From an uncultured Gammaproteobacteria bacterium (lineage in GTDB: Bacteria; Pseudomonadota; Gammaproteobacteria; HyVt-429), in NCBI GenBank assembly GCA_947259975.1, contig CAMYOD010000039.1, positions 12,997 to 76,996 on the forward strand: 64,000 nucleotides of DNA, given 5' to 3'. The notes beneath the pieces are model-generated. The model saw only the letters and a list, made by a program, of their open reading frames with translations. It was not told where the DNA came from and did not search any database. Positions 10,983 to 20,953 of the stretch are shown here, in pieces (the first letter of the stretch is position 1; each line of letters opens with the position of its first letter). The position numbers and the translations under genes were made by a program.

Positions 10983-13900
10983 CCACACTCATTCGTTTTC
11001 TGGTTGGCCGCGGTCTGCTGGTCAACCTGGTCTCCATCTTTCTCGTCCTGCTCGGACTGTTCGCAATCCTGGTGATCAACCGCGAGGCGTTTCCCAACAT
11101 CAACCTGGATCGCATCGATATCAATATCATCTATCCTGGCGCGACCCCGGAAGAAGTCGAGCGGCTGGTGGTCACGCCCGTCGAACAGGAACTGAAGTCC
11201 CTGAACGGCATCGATACCATGACCTCGGTCTCATTCCCCGGTTCCGGGCGCATCAATCTGGAGCTCGACCCCAAGGCCAGCAACCGGGACCGGATCGTCA
11301 CCGAGGCGCAACTGGCGGTGGACCGCGCGGATCTGCCGGACGATCTGCCGGACGATCCCGGTGTGCTCGAGATTGACGGTACCGTATTCCCAATCATCCA
11401 GCTTGCGGTCTCGGCACCCCTGAGCCCGGTCGAACTCAAGCGGCTTGGCGACCGGATCGAAGACGATTTGCTGAACATCGAGGGAGTTGCCCGGGTCGTG
11501 ACCCAGGGCGAGCGTAAGGCGGAGATTCGCGTCACCGTCGATCCGGAGCGGATGCGCGAACAGCGCCTCGCGGTCGGCGATATCGCACGCGCCCTGGAGC
11601 GCTGGAACGTTAACGCGCCCGGCGGCGACATCGACACGCCGCAAGGCCAGAAAATCGTCCGCGTCGCCGGCGAGTTCGAGAGCGCCGCCGATGCCGCCAA
11701 CGTGGTCTTGCGCGCCAACGAACAGGGCGGCGGCCTGCGCCTCGGTGAGGTCGCCCAGGTCAGCGAAACCCTGGAGAAACCGAACCTGTACACCGATGTC
11801 GGCGGCACCCCGGCGCTGGCGATGATCATTCTCAAGAAATCCGATGCCGACATCATCGAGACCGTGGACCGGGTCAACACCTATCTTGATCGGCTGCCAC
11901 AGATGTATGGCGCATCGGTCGACTGGAGCACCTTCCAGGATTTTTCCCGTTTCGCGCGCTTGCGTCTGGGCGTGTTGACGAACAACGCCATGGTCGGCGT
12001 GGTGCTGGTGTTTATCGTCCTGATACTGTTTTTGCGCCCGGCGGTGGCGCTGACCACGACCTGGGGGCTGCCGATCGTGTTCCTCGGCGGGATCTATGTC
12101 CTGTTTCTGTCCGGTGTCACCCTCAATCTGATTTCCATGTTCGGTTTCATCATGGTGCTCGGCATGCTGGTGGACGACGCCATCATCATCGGCGAGAACA
12201 TCACCTATCACATGGAACGGGGGCTGGACCCGAAGCCCGCCGCGGTCAAGGGCGCGACCGAACTCATCGGGCCCGTGACCACCACGGTGATGACCACCAT
12301 TGTCGCGTTCCTGCCGCTCATGTTTATGTCGGGAATCATAGGCAAATTTATCGTCGCCATCCCGACGGTGGTCATTACCCTGCTGATCTTTTCCTGGCTG
12401 GAGTCGTTTCTGATCCTGCCGAACCATGTCTCGGACGTCGCCCGGCCGCAGGCGCATCCGCCGGAACGCGCGTGGTTGCGGGCGCTGGAAAACGGCTACG
12501 GTTGGTTACTGGTCGCGGTGGTGAAGCATCGTTACCTGACCATGTTGGCGGCGGTGTTGATTTTTGCCGGCGCGATCACCCTGGCGGTAACCAAGATGTC
12601 GTTTCAACTGTTCCCGCCGGTGGGCGTGGATGAGTACATCGTGCGTGTCACCGCGCCCGTGGGCACCAGCCTGGAAGACATGCGGGCGCAGCTCGCCGAA
12701 GTGGACAAGGTGGTGCGCGAGCACGTCGAGCCGGAAGTGCTCGAGGCGACGCTGATCACCAGTGGTGAGCTGGCGGTGGACGCGGGTGACCCCTTGACCC
12801 AGCGCGGCAGCCGCTACGGTCAGGTGCGCGCGCTGTACCAGCCGGCGGTCACGCGCCCGGATCATGAGGCCATGGACGATATGCGTCTGGTCGAGGCCAC
12901 GCTGCGTGAGCGATTTCCGGGCCTCGAGATCGCCGCCAGCGAAATCGCCCCGGGCCCGCCCAAGGGCCGCGCGCTGGAAGCGGAAATCTCCAGCAGTCAA
13001 TCCGCGGACAGCCGTGCCGCGGCGCGACGATTGGTGGCGTTTCTGGAGGGCATCGACGGTATTACATCCATAGAAAGCGGATTGCAGGCCGGCGACCCGG
13101 AACTGCACGTGGTGCTCGATCGGCAGCTGGCAACCTATGCCGGCGTCGACCTGGCGACCGCGGCGCAGCATGTGCGCGCCGCCGCCGGCGGCCTGCGCGT
13201 GGCCACCACCCGCCGCGGTACCGAAGAGATCGACATCACGATTCGCTACCCGGACAACGGCCTGCAGCAGTCCATGTTGCAGAGCCTGTTGATCCCGAAT
13301 GCCCGCGGCGGCCTGATACCGCTCGCGCAAATCGGTGGCCTGGAGGAGCGGCCCGGCTACTCGACCATCCGGCACAAGGAGGGTATCCGTATCGTTACCG
13401 TCGTCGCCAACGTGGATGTGAGCAGACTCACCAGCATCGAGCTGAATCGTCAGGTGCGCAAGGGTGAACCGGAGTGGCTCGGTGACCTGGCCGACCGCGT
13501 CACGGTACGTTACGGCGGCGAGGAAGAAAAAAACGTCGAGTCGTTTCGCGATCTCGGCAAGTCCTTCGGCTTCGCGCTGCTGGGGATCTTTTTTCTGCTC
13601 GCGATCCAGTTCAACCGGCTGAGTTATCCGCTCATCGTGATGATGGCGATCCCTTTTGGTGCGATCGGCATCATCGGGAGTTTCTATATCCATGACCTGC
13701 TGTGGAAACCCATGCCGCTGTCGTTCTTCGCCGCGATGGGCATGATCGCGCTCTCCGGCGTGGTGGTGAACAGCTCGCTGGTGATCCTGGTCTTCATCCA
13801 GCGCGCGATTCAGGCGGGCCAGCCGTACAAGGAGGCGATCGTGTCCGCGGGCCGTCGCCGCCTGCGGGCGGTGATCCTGACCGCCTCGACCACCGTGGTC

Positions 13901-14080
13901 GGGCTGTTGCCCACGGCCTACGGTTGGGGCGGGCTGGACCCGTTCGTTTCGCCCATGGCGCTGGCCCTGTCCTGGGGCCTGGTGTTCTCGACCCTGATCA
14001 CGCTGATCGCGATTCCGGCGGCCTTCGCCATCGGCATGGATATCAAGCTCCTGTTTCGCCGCCAGCCACGGAACGCCTAG
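10979..14080 (+). CDS. Efflux RND transporter permease subunit (AcrB/CzcA family)
   Basis: 1033 aa, MTTLIRFLVGRGLLVNLVSIFLVLLGLFAILVINREAFPNINLDRIDINIIYPGATPEEVERLVVTPVEQELKSLNGID…, with 12-TM RND topology and two large periplasmic loops. No membrane-fusion (adaptor) gene is adjacent. Confidence 0.92.
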   Translation: MTTLIRFLVGRGLLVNLVSIFLVLLGLFAILVINREAFPNINLDRIDINIIYPGATPEEVERLVVTPVEQELKSLNGIDTMTSVSFPGSGRINLELDPKASNRDRIVTEAQLAVDRADLPDDLPDDPGVLEIDGTVFPIIQLAVSAPLSPVELKRLGDRIEDDLLNIEGVARVVTQGERKAEIRVTVDPERMREQRLAVGDIARALERWNVNAPGGDIDTPQGQKIVRVAGEFESAADAANVVLRANEQGGGLRLGEVAQVSETLEKPNLYTDVGGTPALAMIILKKSDADIIETVDRVNTYLDRLPQMYGASVDWSTFQDFSRFARLRLGVLTNNAMVGVVLVFIVLILFLRPAVALTTTWGLPIVFLGGIYVLFLSGVTLNLISMFGFIMVLGMLVDDAIIIGENITYHMERGLDPKPAAVKGATELIGPVTTTVMTTIVAFLPLMFMSGIIGKFIVAIPTVVITLLIFSWLESFLILPNHVSDVARPQAHPPERAWLRALENGYGWLLVAVVKHRYLTMLAAVLIFAGAITLAVTKMSFQLFPPVGVDEYIVRVTAPVGTSLEDMRAQLAEVDKVVREHVEPEVLEATLITSGELAVDAGDPLTQRGSRYGQVRALYQPAVTRPDHEAMDDMRLVEATLRERFPGLEIAASEIAPGPPKGRALEAEISSSQSADSRAAARRLVAFLEGIDGITSIESGLQAGDPELHVVLDRQLATYAGVDLATAAQHVRAAAGGLRVATTRRGTEEIDITIRYPDNGLQQSMLQSLLIPNARGGLIPLAQIGGLEERPGYSTIRHKEGIRIVTVVANVDVSRLTSIELNRQVRKGEPEWLGDLADRVTVRYGGEEEKNVESFRDLGKSFGFALLGIFFLLAIQFNRLSYPLIVMMAIPFGAIGIIGSFYIHDLLWKPMPLSFFAAMGMIALSGVVVNSSLVILVFIQRAIQAGQPYKEAIVSAGRRRLRAVILTASTTVVGLLPTAYGWGGLDPFVSPMALALSWGLVFSTLITLIAIPAAFAIGMDIKLLFRRQPRNA

Positions 14081-14110
14081 GCGCGCGGCGGCGCCGGCGT
14101 CTACCAAAGC

Positions 14111-15007
14111 GTGTCAGGAGAATTACGGATCGTCGTGTTCGGCAGTAACAGTGTGTTTACACGTTCGTTTCTGTCGCGCTTGATCGATCTTGGCCTGCCC
14201 GTGCGCACACTATTGCTTTATGGCTACGGCGCGGAAGATCGCGCCGCCGCGGGCATGATTCCGGTATCCGCGCCGACGGCGCAGACGCCGCTGGTGGCGT
14301 TTGCCCGCGTGCACGACATATCAATCCAGTACGTACACGCGCTCGAGACCGGCGCCACGGCGCAGCAAATTGCTGAGCTGAATGCGGATATCATGGTAAT
14401 CGCATGTTTTCCGCGTATACTGCCGCGCGCCGTGTGGAGCCTGCCACGCTACGGGTGCCTGAACGTGCACCCATCATTGCTGCCGGTCTACCGTGGGCCG
14501 GCACCGTTGTTCTGGCAGTTCCGTGATGCGATCAAAGCGACCGGTGTGACGCTGCATCGGGTCGACGATGAAATCGACGGCGGGGCGGTGGTCGCGCAGC
14601 ATCGCCAGGCGCTGCCCGAAGGCATCGGCGGACATGCGGCCGATGCAATGTTGGCGCGCCACGGCGCTGACCTGCTCGCGGCAGCGGTCGCCGACTTGGT
14701 GCGCGGCGTGCTGCGACCACAGCCGCAGGACCCGGCGCGCGCGACCTACCAACCGGCGCCACAGGCGGCGGATTTCGTTTTGTCGCCGACCTGGTCGGCC
14801 AGGCGCGCCTTCGATTTTATGCGTGGCACCGAACACTGGAGGCAGGACTACCGGCTCCATACGCCACAGGGCGACTTTGCCTTACGCAGCGCGCTTGCCT
14901 ACGATCGGGGGCCGGCGAAATCTGCTAATGTCGAGACGCGTGGCGACCGGCTGCTGCTGCCGTTTGCCGACGGTGTGTTGCATGCTCGCGGCAGGCGCCT
15001 GCAATGA
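14111..15007 (+). CDS. Formyltransferase family protein (Fmt-like N- and C-terminal domains)
   Basis: GTG start. MSGELRIVVFGSNSVFTRSFLSRLIDLG…NVHPSLLPVYRGPAPLFW… parallels the Fmt motifs [20 protein letters not shown]… and …NVHGSLLPRWRGAAPIQR, but is divergent and is not next to def. Confidence 0.7.
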   Translation: MSGELRIVVFGSNSVFTRSFLSRLIDLGLPVRTLLLYGYGAEDRAAAGMIPVSAPTAQTPLVAFARVHDISIQYVHALETGATAQQIAELNADIMVIACFPRILPRAVWSLPRYGCLNVHPSLLPVYRGPAPLFWQFRDAIKATGVTLHRVDDEIDGGAVVAQHRQALPEGIGGHAADAMLARHGADLLAAAVADLVRGVLRPQPQDPARATYQPAPQAADFVLSPTWSARRAFDFMRGTEHWRQDYRLHTPQGDFALRSALAYDRGPAKSANVETRGDRLLLPFADGVLHARGRRLQ

Positions 15008-15018
15008 TAATCTAAACG

Positions 15019-16224
15019 ATGACTACAGAAGATACACAAAACCCGGTCACCAGCGTCGATTTCGGCGATGGCCGCATCACCATTCTCGGCACGGCACATG
15101 TCTCGCGCGCGAGCGTGGAAAAGGTCGAATCGATGCTCGCCGACGGTGACTTCGATGCGGTGGCCGTAGAGTTGTGTCCGAGCCGCTACAACGCCATGTT
15201 GAACCCGGACGCCTTGTCGCGCATGGATTTGTTCAAGGTCCTGCGCGAGGGCAAGGCTGCCATGGTGACCGCGACGCTCGCGCTCGGCGCGTATCAACAG
15301 CGCCTCGCCGAACAGTTTGGCATCGAACCCGGTGCCGAGATGCGCGCCGCCGTCACCGCGGCACGCGAGGCCCAACAGGAGGTGTTGCTGATCGATCGTG
15401 AGATCGGCGTGACCCTCAAACGGATTTACCGCAGCATTCCCTGGTGGCGGCGTTTCGGCCTGTTCGCGGGATTGTTTGCGAGTGTGGTCTCGCATGAGGA
15501 GGTGAGCGAAGAGGAGATCGAGCGACTCAAGGAAGGCGATATTCTGGAGACGACGTTTTCGGAATTCGCCGCCGAGCAGCGCGAGCTCTATCTACCGTTG
15601 ATCGACGAGCGCGACCGCTATATGGCCGCACGCCTAAAGCAGGAAGTCGAGCAAGCCGGGCACCGTCATGTGCTCGCGGTGGTGGGTGCCGGCCATATGC
15701 GCGGGATTGCGAAATACATCGAAGATGCAGACGCGCCGGCACCGGCGGACACGATCGACGCACTCGATCATGTGCCACCACCGAGCCGCTGGCCCAAGTA
15801 CATTCCCTGGGCCATCGTTGCCTTGATCCTGGTCGGGTTCACGATCGGCTTTATGCGCAGCCCGGAACTGGGTTGGCGTCTGGTCGCGGATTGGGTGCTG
15901 ATCAACGGCGGGCTGGCCGCCGCCGGTGCCCTGATCGCGCTGGCGCATCCGCTCACCATCTTCAGCGCATTTTTCGCGGCGCCGCTTACGTCGCTGAACC
16001 CCGCTATCGGCGCCGGTATGGTGACGGCGGCGGTAGAGACCTACCTGCGCAAGCCCAAGGTGCGGGACTTCGGTCTTCTGCGCAGTCAGCTCACCAAGGC
16101 GCGTGGCTGGTGGCAGAACCAGGTGAGTCGCGTGTTGCTGGTATTTCTGTTCAGTACGTTGGGCTCCGCGGTCGGCACCTACCTTGCCGGTTTCCGTATT
16201 TTCGGCCGTCTCGCCGGCGGCTGA
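15019..16224 (+). CDS. TraB/GumN family protein
   Basis: 401 aa, …GDGRITILGTAHVSRASVEKVESMLADGDFDAVAVELCPSRYNAML…, giving the TraB/PrgY-type N-terminal domain plus C-terminal TM segments. Confidence 0.75.
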   Translation: MTTEDTQNPVTSVDFGDGRITILGTAHVSRASVEKVESMLADGDFDAVAVELCPSRYNAMLNPDALSRMDLFKVLREGKAAMVTATLALGAYQQRLAEQFGIEPGAEMRAAVTAAREAQQEVLLIDREIGVTLKRIYRSIPWWRRFGLFAGLFASVVSHEEVSEEEIERLKEGDILETTFSEFAAEQRELYLPLIDERDRYMAARLKQEVEQAGHRHVLAVVGAGHMRGIAKYIEDADAPAPADTIDALDHVPPPSRWPKYIPWAIVALILVGFTIGFMRSPELGWRLVADWVLINGGLAAAGALIALAHPLTIFSAFFAAPLTSLNPAIGAGMVTAAVETYLRKPKVRDFGLLRSQLTKARGWWQNQVSRVLLVFLFSTLGSAVGTYLAGFRIFGRLAGG

Positions 16225-16230
16225 GCGCGG

Positions 16231-16782
16231 CTAGAAGTGAACCACCCCGCCGACGGTCACCAGGTCGATGTCGGCGCCGGCATCGTAGCGCTCCCATTCC
16301 GCACGCAGGTCAATGGTGTCGGCGAGACGATAGCTGGCACCCAGTCCCCACGCGATATCGGTGCCATCATCGTTTGCTTGCAAGCCGGCGACGCGGATGT
16401 CGGATTCCCAAAACATGACACCGATGCGGGCGAGGATGGAGAAGCGCTCGCCGACAGGAATCGAACCGACGCCATGGAACGCGAAGCCGTCGGTATTGAC
16501 GTTGACGCCGGCGCCCTGCACCGCCCCCTGGAACTCGCCGAGTTCGACCCAGCTGGCTTCGAACAGCAGCATTTCGTTTAGCCGATAACCGAGCAGCAGT
16601 TTCGCGCCGGTGTCGGAGTCGTCGACACTGGCACCGAGGCCGGCGCCGCCGACGCGCTCGTCAATGCTGGCGGAGCCGATGCTGCCCCCTGCGTACCACA
16701 GGGTATCGGCCGCGTTCGCGCCACCCGCGGCGGCCAAAGCGAGCAGGCTTATTAGTGTGAGCTTTGCTGCGGTATTCCTCAT
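16231..16782 (-). CDS. Outer-membrane beta-barrel protein (OmpA-like / porin family 8-strand barrel)
   Basis: Start at MRNTAAKLTLISLLALAAAGGANA (signal peptide), with AGGAGG 6 nt upstream of the ATG. Alternating amphipathic strands end in a C-terminal aromatic (…VTVGGVVHF). Confidence 0.7.
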   Translation of the reverse strand: MRNTAAKLTLISLLALAAAGGANAADTLWYAGGSIGSASIDERVGGAGLGASVDDSDTGAKLLLGYRLNEMLLFEASWVELGEFQGAVQGAGVNVNTDGFAFHGVGSIPVGERFSILARIGVMFWESDIRVAGLQANDDGTDIAWGLGASYRLADTIDLRAEWERYDAGADIDLVTVGGVVHF

Positions 16783-16894
16783 TGCTGCGGCCTCCTGAAC
16801 TATGCATGTAACGAAATGATCCGACACACATGATAACACCGACCTTCGGTGCGGGCCGTGTGCGGCGCAAAGCGGGATGTAAGGGAGGCGCGAC

Positions 16895-19009
16895 CTAGTT
16901 AGTGACCACGATGGGCCCGCGCAGAGAAATGAAATCAACCAGAATATTGGCGCTTTCGATGATTAAGGCGTCGGGTGCTGCGTCCTTTTCGTTTTCCGTC
17001 GTCTCGCCCGCAAGATCCGCTTCGGCCTCATCCAGATCGTCGACCTTGGTGACCGGCGCGAGGCCACGGACTTCACGATGCTTGTTCTCGAAGCTCAGGC
17101 GCCATTCATCGAGCATCTTGCGCTCACTGCGGCGCGTATCTTCGTTCAGCGACACCGTCGTGTCTGCACGCAGCTTGAGTTGGTAGGCGAGACGCTGCGT
17201 CAAGTACTCGAATTCCGGATTGTTCTCGGTGCGGCCGTGATGGCGCCGCCGCAGCTGCTCCATCACCGGGTCGAGGTCATAATAGTTACGGAAGCTCGCC
17301 TGGCGAATGTTGTCCCAAGGCAAGGCGTTCGGCAGGACGTTCTCGCCGACCTTGCGGACATTGAAGGCGGCCGGGTAGTTGATGTCCGGCAGCACGCCCT
17401 CGCTCTGGGTGCTGGCGCCGGAGATACGATAAAACTTCGCCTGCGTGAGTTTCAATTGTCCGCCGTTGAGCGAGCGCAGGGACTGCACGGTCCCCTTGCC
17501 GAAGGTTTGACCGCCGATCACGATCCCACGTTGATAATCCTGAATCGCGCCGGCAAAGATTTCCGAGGCCGAAGCGCTCAGGCGATTTACCATCACGGCC
17601 AGCGGACCGTCGTATACAAGGCGCGGGTCGGGATCCTGCAGGACCTCGACGGCGCCGTTGGCGTTGCGAATCTGCACCGTGGGCCCGGTCTCTATGAACA
17701 AGCCAACGAGCGAATTCACTTCCTGCAAAGAACCGCCGCCGTTATTGCGCAAGTCCACGACGACCGCATCGACAGCTTCGTTGAGCAGCTCGCGCAACAA
17801 CTTTTCGACATCACGGGTCGTACTTTTGTAGTTGCGATCGCCGGCCTGCATGCCCTTGAAGTCGACGTAGAACGTCGGAATCGTCAGTACGCCGATTTTG
17901 TAGGTCTGACCGTCCTGGGTGACTTCGATAACGTCTTTTTGCGCCGACTGTTCCTCGAGGGTAACCGTATCGCGAGTGATGGAGACGACGCGGGTCGCCT
18001 GTTCATTTTCGGCATCGCCGCGCACGATTTCCAGGCGCACCACGGTATGTTTAGGTCCGCGTATCAGGCGCACGACATCGTCCAGACGCCAGCCGATGAC
18101 ATCGACGATATCGCCGTCGTCACCCTGTCCGACACCGACGATATAGTCCGTGGGGCGAATCAGCTTCGATTTGTCTGCGGGGCCTGCCGGCACCAAACGA
18201 ACCACCTTGATGCGTTCGCTTTCGCTTTGCAGTACCGCGCCAATGCCTTCGAGCGAGAGGCTCAGGTTGATGTTGAAGTTTTCCGAGCGCCGCGGCGTGA
18301 AATACTGGGTGTGTGGATCGTAGGTGCGGGTAAATGCATTTATGAAAGTGCCGAAGGCATCTTCCGCATCGACCTGGCTGGCGCGCAGCTGCTGATTGCG
18401 GTAGCGCCGATCGAGCGTGGTCTCGATGTCGTCGATGGATTTGCCGGCGAACTTGAGATTGAGGACGTTGTTCTTGAGGCGTTTGCGCCAGAGCTCGTTC
18501 ATCTCCGCCGTGGTAGTCGGCCACGGTGCATCGGCACGATCCGTATCGAGACTTTCCTCGAGCGTAAAATCCAGCTTATCCAGGCCGAGCTTGATCTGGT
18601 CGCGCAGAAACGTCAGACGCTCGTTCAAGCGACGCTGATAGCGATTGAAGATAAGAAATGCGGTTTCCAGATCACCGGACTTGAGCGCATCGTCCAGCGT
18701 GAATCTGTGTTTCTCGAACTCGCGGATGTCGCTGGCGAGGAAGTAGCTACGTGTTGCGTCGAGATCGGAAAAATACTGATCGAAGACGCGGGACGAAAAA
18801 TCATCGTTCACCTTGGTGCGGCGGTAATGGCCCTGCCGCAACTGGCGCACAATCTTGATCGCCGTTTCGGAGTGGTCGTCCAACGGCGCAAGCGTGGACG
18901 TGTCTTTGGGTTTCGCGAGCGCGGATCCGGGCGGCTGGCCCAGATACAGGACGGCGGTGGCGAACAGGGCCGCCAGCGGCAACGCGAAAATCAGTCTCAT
19001 GCGGTACAT
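16895..19009 (-). CDS. prc: Tail-specific (C-terminal processing) protease Prc
   Basis: 704 aa with a signal peptide, …TKVNDDFSSRVFDQYFSDLDATRSYFLASDIREFEKHRF… (the Prc N-domain), a PDZ domain and the S41 catalytic region …GGQTFGKGTVQ…. Confidence 0.9.
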   Translation of the reverse strand: MYRMRLIFALPLAALFATAVLYLGQPPGSALAKPKDTSTLAPLDDHSETAIKIVRQLRQGHYRRTKVNDDFSSRVFDQYFSDLDATRSYFLASDIREFEKHRFTLDDALKSGDLETAFLIFNRYQRRLNERLTFLRDQIKLGLDKLDFTLEESLDTDRADAPWPTTTAEMNELWRKRLKNNVLNLKFAGKSIDDIETTLDRRYRNQQLRASQVDAEDAFGTFINAFTRTYDPHTQYFTPRRSENFNINLSLSLEGIGAVLQSESERIKVVRLVPAGPADKSKLIRPTDYIVGVGQGDDGDIVDVIGWRLDDVVRLIRGPKHTVVRLEIVRGDAENEQATRVVSITRDTVTLEEQSAQKDVIEVTQDGQTYKIGVLTIPTFYVDFKGMQAGDRNYKSTTRDVEKLLRELLNEAVDAVVVDLRNNGGGSLQEVNSLVGLFIETGPTVQIRNANGAVEVLQDPDPRLVYDGPLAVMVNRLSASASEIFAGAIQDYQRGIVIGGQTFGKGTVQSLRSLNGGQLKLTQAKFYRISGASTQSEGVLPDINYPAAFNVRKVGENVLPNALPWDNIRQASFRNYYDLDPVMEQLRRRHHGRTENNPEFEYLTQRLAYQLKLRADTTVSLNEDTRRSERKMLDEWRLSFENKHREVRGLAPVTKVDDLDEAEADLAGETTENEKDAAPDALIIESANILVDFISLRGPIVVTN

Positions 19010-19164
19010 GGTCAGGGGGATCGGCGGGCGAACGGCCCGACTTCACTTACAAACTTTAGCAGAATCGCGCTAAAAATGTGACCGGCGCAAACCACCGAAA
19101 GTTCCGTGTTCCTGGGCGATGGGCGCAAATCCCCGCCGCGACAAGCGGGCGCCGGTGTTCCGAT

Positions 19165-19947
19165 TCAGCCCGTCGGCAGTGCCGAGCGCTCCGCGATGAT
19201 GAGCCAATTGCCCTGCCGGTTTTCCAGCGTAAGCGTTTTTACGACCTGGTCGCTGTAGGTCGGTGAGCGGTAGGATTGCAGAAAACGCGCACGCGCGGTG
19301 CCGTCTTCGCCAAGAGCGATCTGCAGGCCGCTCAATTGAATTTCAATGGCTGCCGGTGCCGCCAGGCGGGCGCTGCGCTCTGCCCGCCACTGGTCATGAC
19401 TCAGGTCACGACTCGGTGTGTAATCGTGTGCGTAAACGCCGAGATAGGCGGCCACGTCCTGCCTGGACCAAGCCGCGGCCCAGGCGTTCACGGTGGTGGT
19501 GATCCGGGCGCGGGTCGCGGCGGCGTTGTCCGCCGCGTTCGTGGGTGCCGGGGTGATCGCGGCCACTGGCGCGCGCGCGGTTACCGGCGCGGCATCCGCC
19601 GCCGGTTGTCCGGCGATGGGCGCGGTGGCGACGGCAGCGGGCGCCGCGGGTATTTTGTCGGCCGAGCGCAGCCATAGGGCGGCGCCGATTATGACGGCGA
19701 CGGCGACGGCGAGCCACACGGCCTGTTGCTGCAGACGCTGGCGCCGCGCAAGATCGCGGGCTTCGCGATTGGCATGACGACGCCGCGCGAACTCACGGGT
19801 GGCACGCAGCCAATCGTCCTCGTCGTTGGACGCCTCGATGGCGGCGAGTTCAGCGTGCATGGGTCCGCCCACGAAACGCTCGTCAGTCGCCGCGGCGTTC
19901 TCGCGTCGCTTGATCATCTCGCGCGCTGAGTCTTGTTTTGTAGCCAT
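19165..19947 (-). CDS. Hypothetical single-pass membrane protein with C-terminal SnoaL-like/NTF2-like domain
   Basis: A charged N-terminus is followed by a TM helix AVWLAVAVAVIIGAALWL, an Ala/Pro-rich linker, and then …VNAWAAAWSRQDVAAYLGVYAHDYTP…. Confidence 0.55.
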   Translation of the reverse strand: MATKQDSAREMIKRRENAAATDERFVGGPMHAELAAIEASNDEDDWLRATREFARRRHANREARDLARRQRLQQQAVWLAVAVAVIIGAALWLRSADKIPAAPAAVATAPIAGQPAADAAPVTARAPVAAITPAPTNAADNAAATRARITTTVNAWAAAWSRQDVAAYLGVYAHDYTPSRDLSHDQWRAERSARLAAPAAIEIQLSGLQIALGEDGTARARFLQSYRSPTYSDQVVKTLTLENRQGNWLIIAERSALPTG

Positions 19948-20288
19948 TATCGATCTCCACTGGATCGCCGCAATTGCCGGCGATTAAAACTCCCTTGTAA
20001 GCCCCGTTTTGCTTGTCTCCATACCAAAGTGTGCGGGCGGCCTTGCCCATAACAAGCTTCATCAGGGGTTATCGGTCGCGGCGCAGCGAGCCTTTAGGCG
20101 GCGCACACAGCGACCGACGCGAGTGGCGCACAAGCTGCTTGCGCCCGTAAATGGCTGGATTTAGCCCCCACATTGTCTTGATTCTTACCTTATATATTAG
20201 GCGTCCCGCGGGCCATTGGCCACTGACGAGTCACCCCAATTTTCGGTCATTTTGCGCCTCGGCGAGGCCTGGAGCAAGGCTTGGGTGG

Positions 20289-20924
20289 TTAAAACTTGTG
20301 TCCGGCACGGTCCCGCAGGCGGGGTATCGGTGCGATTCGCGCGAACAGGAGGTGCGCGGGCAGGTAAAACACCAGCGGGATGGCCAGCATCAAACCCGCA
20401 AGATAAATGGGGGCAGGCAGCCAGGTCTGAGGCGCCGCGCCGAGCCCGAAGACCCAATTGATGTTGCGCTCCGGGTCGGTGACCCAGTACGAGAGCATCA
20501 ATACCAGCCAGGTCAGACCGGTCTGTAGCCACCAGGCGCGCCGGTCATAACCAAGACGCAGCACGCCCCACACCAGGGCGACCGGCAGGAAGATATGAAA
20601 CAGCGACAACAGGCGAAAGCGCAACGCCAATTCAGGCGCAAACATGTAGTCGGTCGCGTGCAGGCCGAACAAGCCGTGCCCGGTAAATACGTGGCTGAAG
20701 AAATCCAGGTTCCAGCCCAGTTCGGGCATCAGCGCGCCCATGGCCATGGCGCTGACGAGCAACCGGCTTTCCAACCATAGCGCGACCGCCGTGGTAAACA
20801 ACACGATGTCCGACAGCCAGAGAAAGTTCTGCAGGCCGCGCTCCGCCCAGTAGACCGGTACCAGGACACAGACATACGCGGTGAACGCGATCTTGATCCA
20901 CAGGGGAATACGGTGGTCGTGCAA
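20289..20924 (-). CDS. Hypothetical integral membrane protein
   Basis: Multi-TM ORF. Start assigned to an in-frame TTG at 20922-20924 preceded by GGAGGAGGG; the longest ORF (to 21041) would overlap the upstream gene by 88 nt. Confidence 0.5.
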   Translation of the reverse strand: MHDHRIPLWIKIAFTAYVCVLVPVYWAERGLQNFLWLSDIVLFTTAVALWLESRLLVSAMAMGALMPELGWNLDFFSHVFTGHGLFGLHATDYMFAPELALRFRLLSLFHIFLPVALVWGVLRLGYDRRAWWLQTGLTWLVLMLSYWVTDPERNINWVFGLGAAPQTWLPAPIYLAGLMLAIPLVFYLPAHLLFARIAPIPRLRDRAGHKF

Positions 20925-20953
20925 GATCCCTCCTCCGTGCCGGCGATTGCGCC

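Noticed and set aside
12506-14107. 533-aa minus-strand ORF antisense to the RND pump gene (and similar long antisense ORFs at 11231-12457, 17078-19081, 28736-29755, 56882-58165 and others)
   Set aside because: These are Arg/Gly/His-rich, low-complexity translations with no start context. They lie entirely antisense to well-supported genes and are typical spurious ORFs in high-GC DNA.
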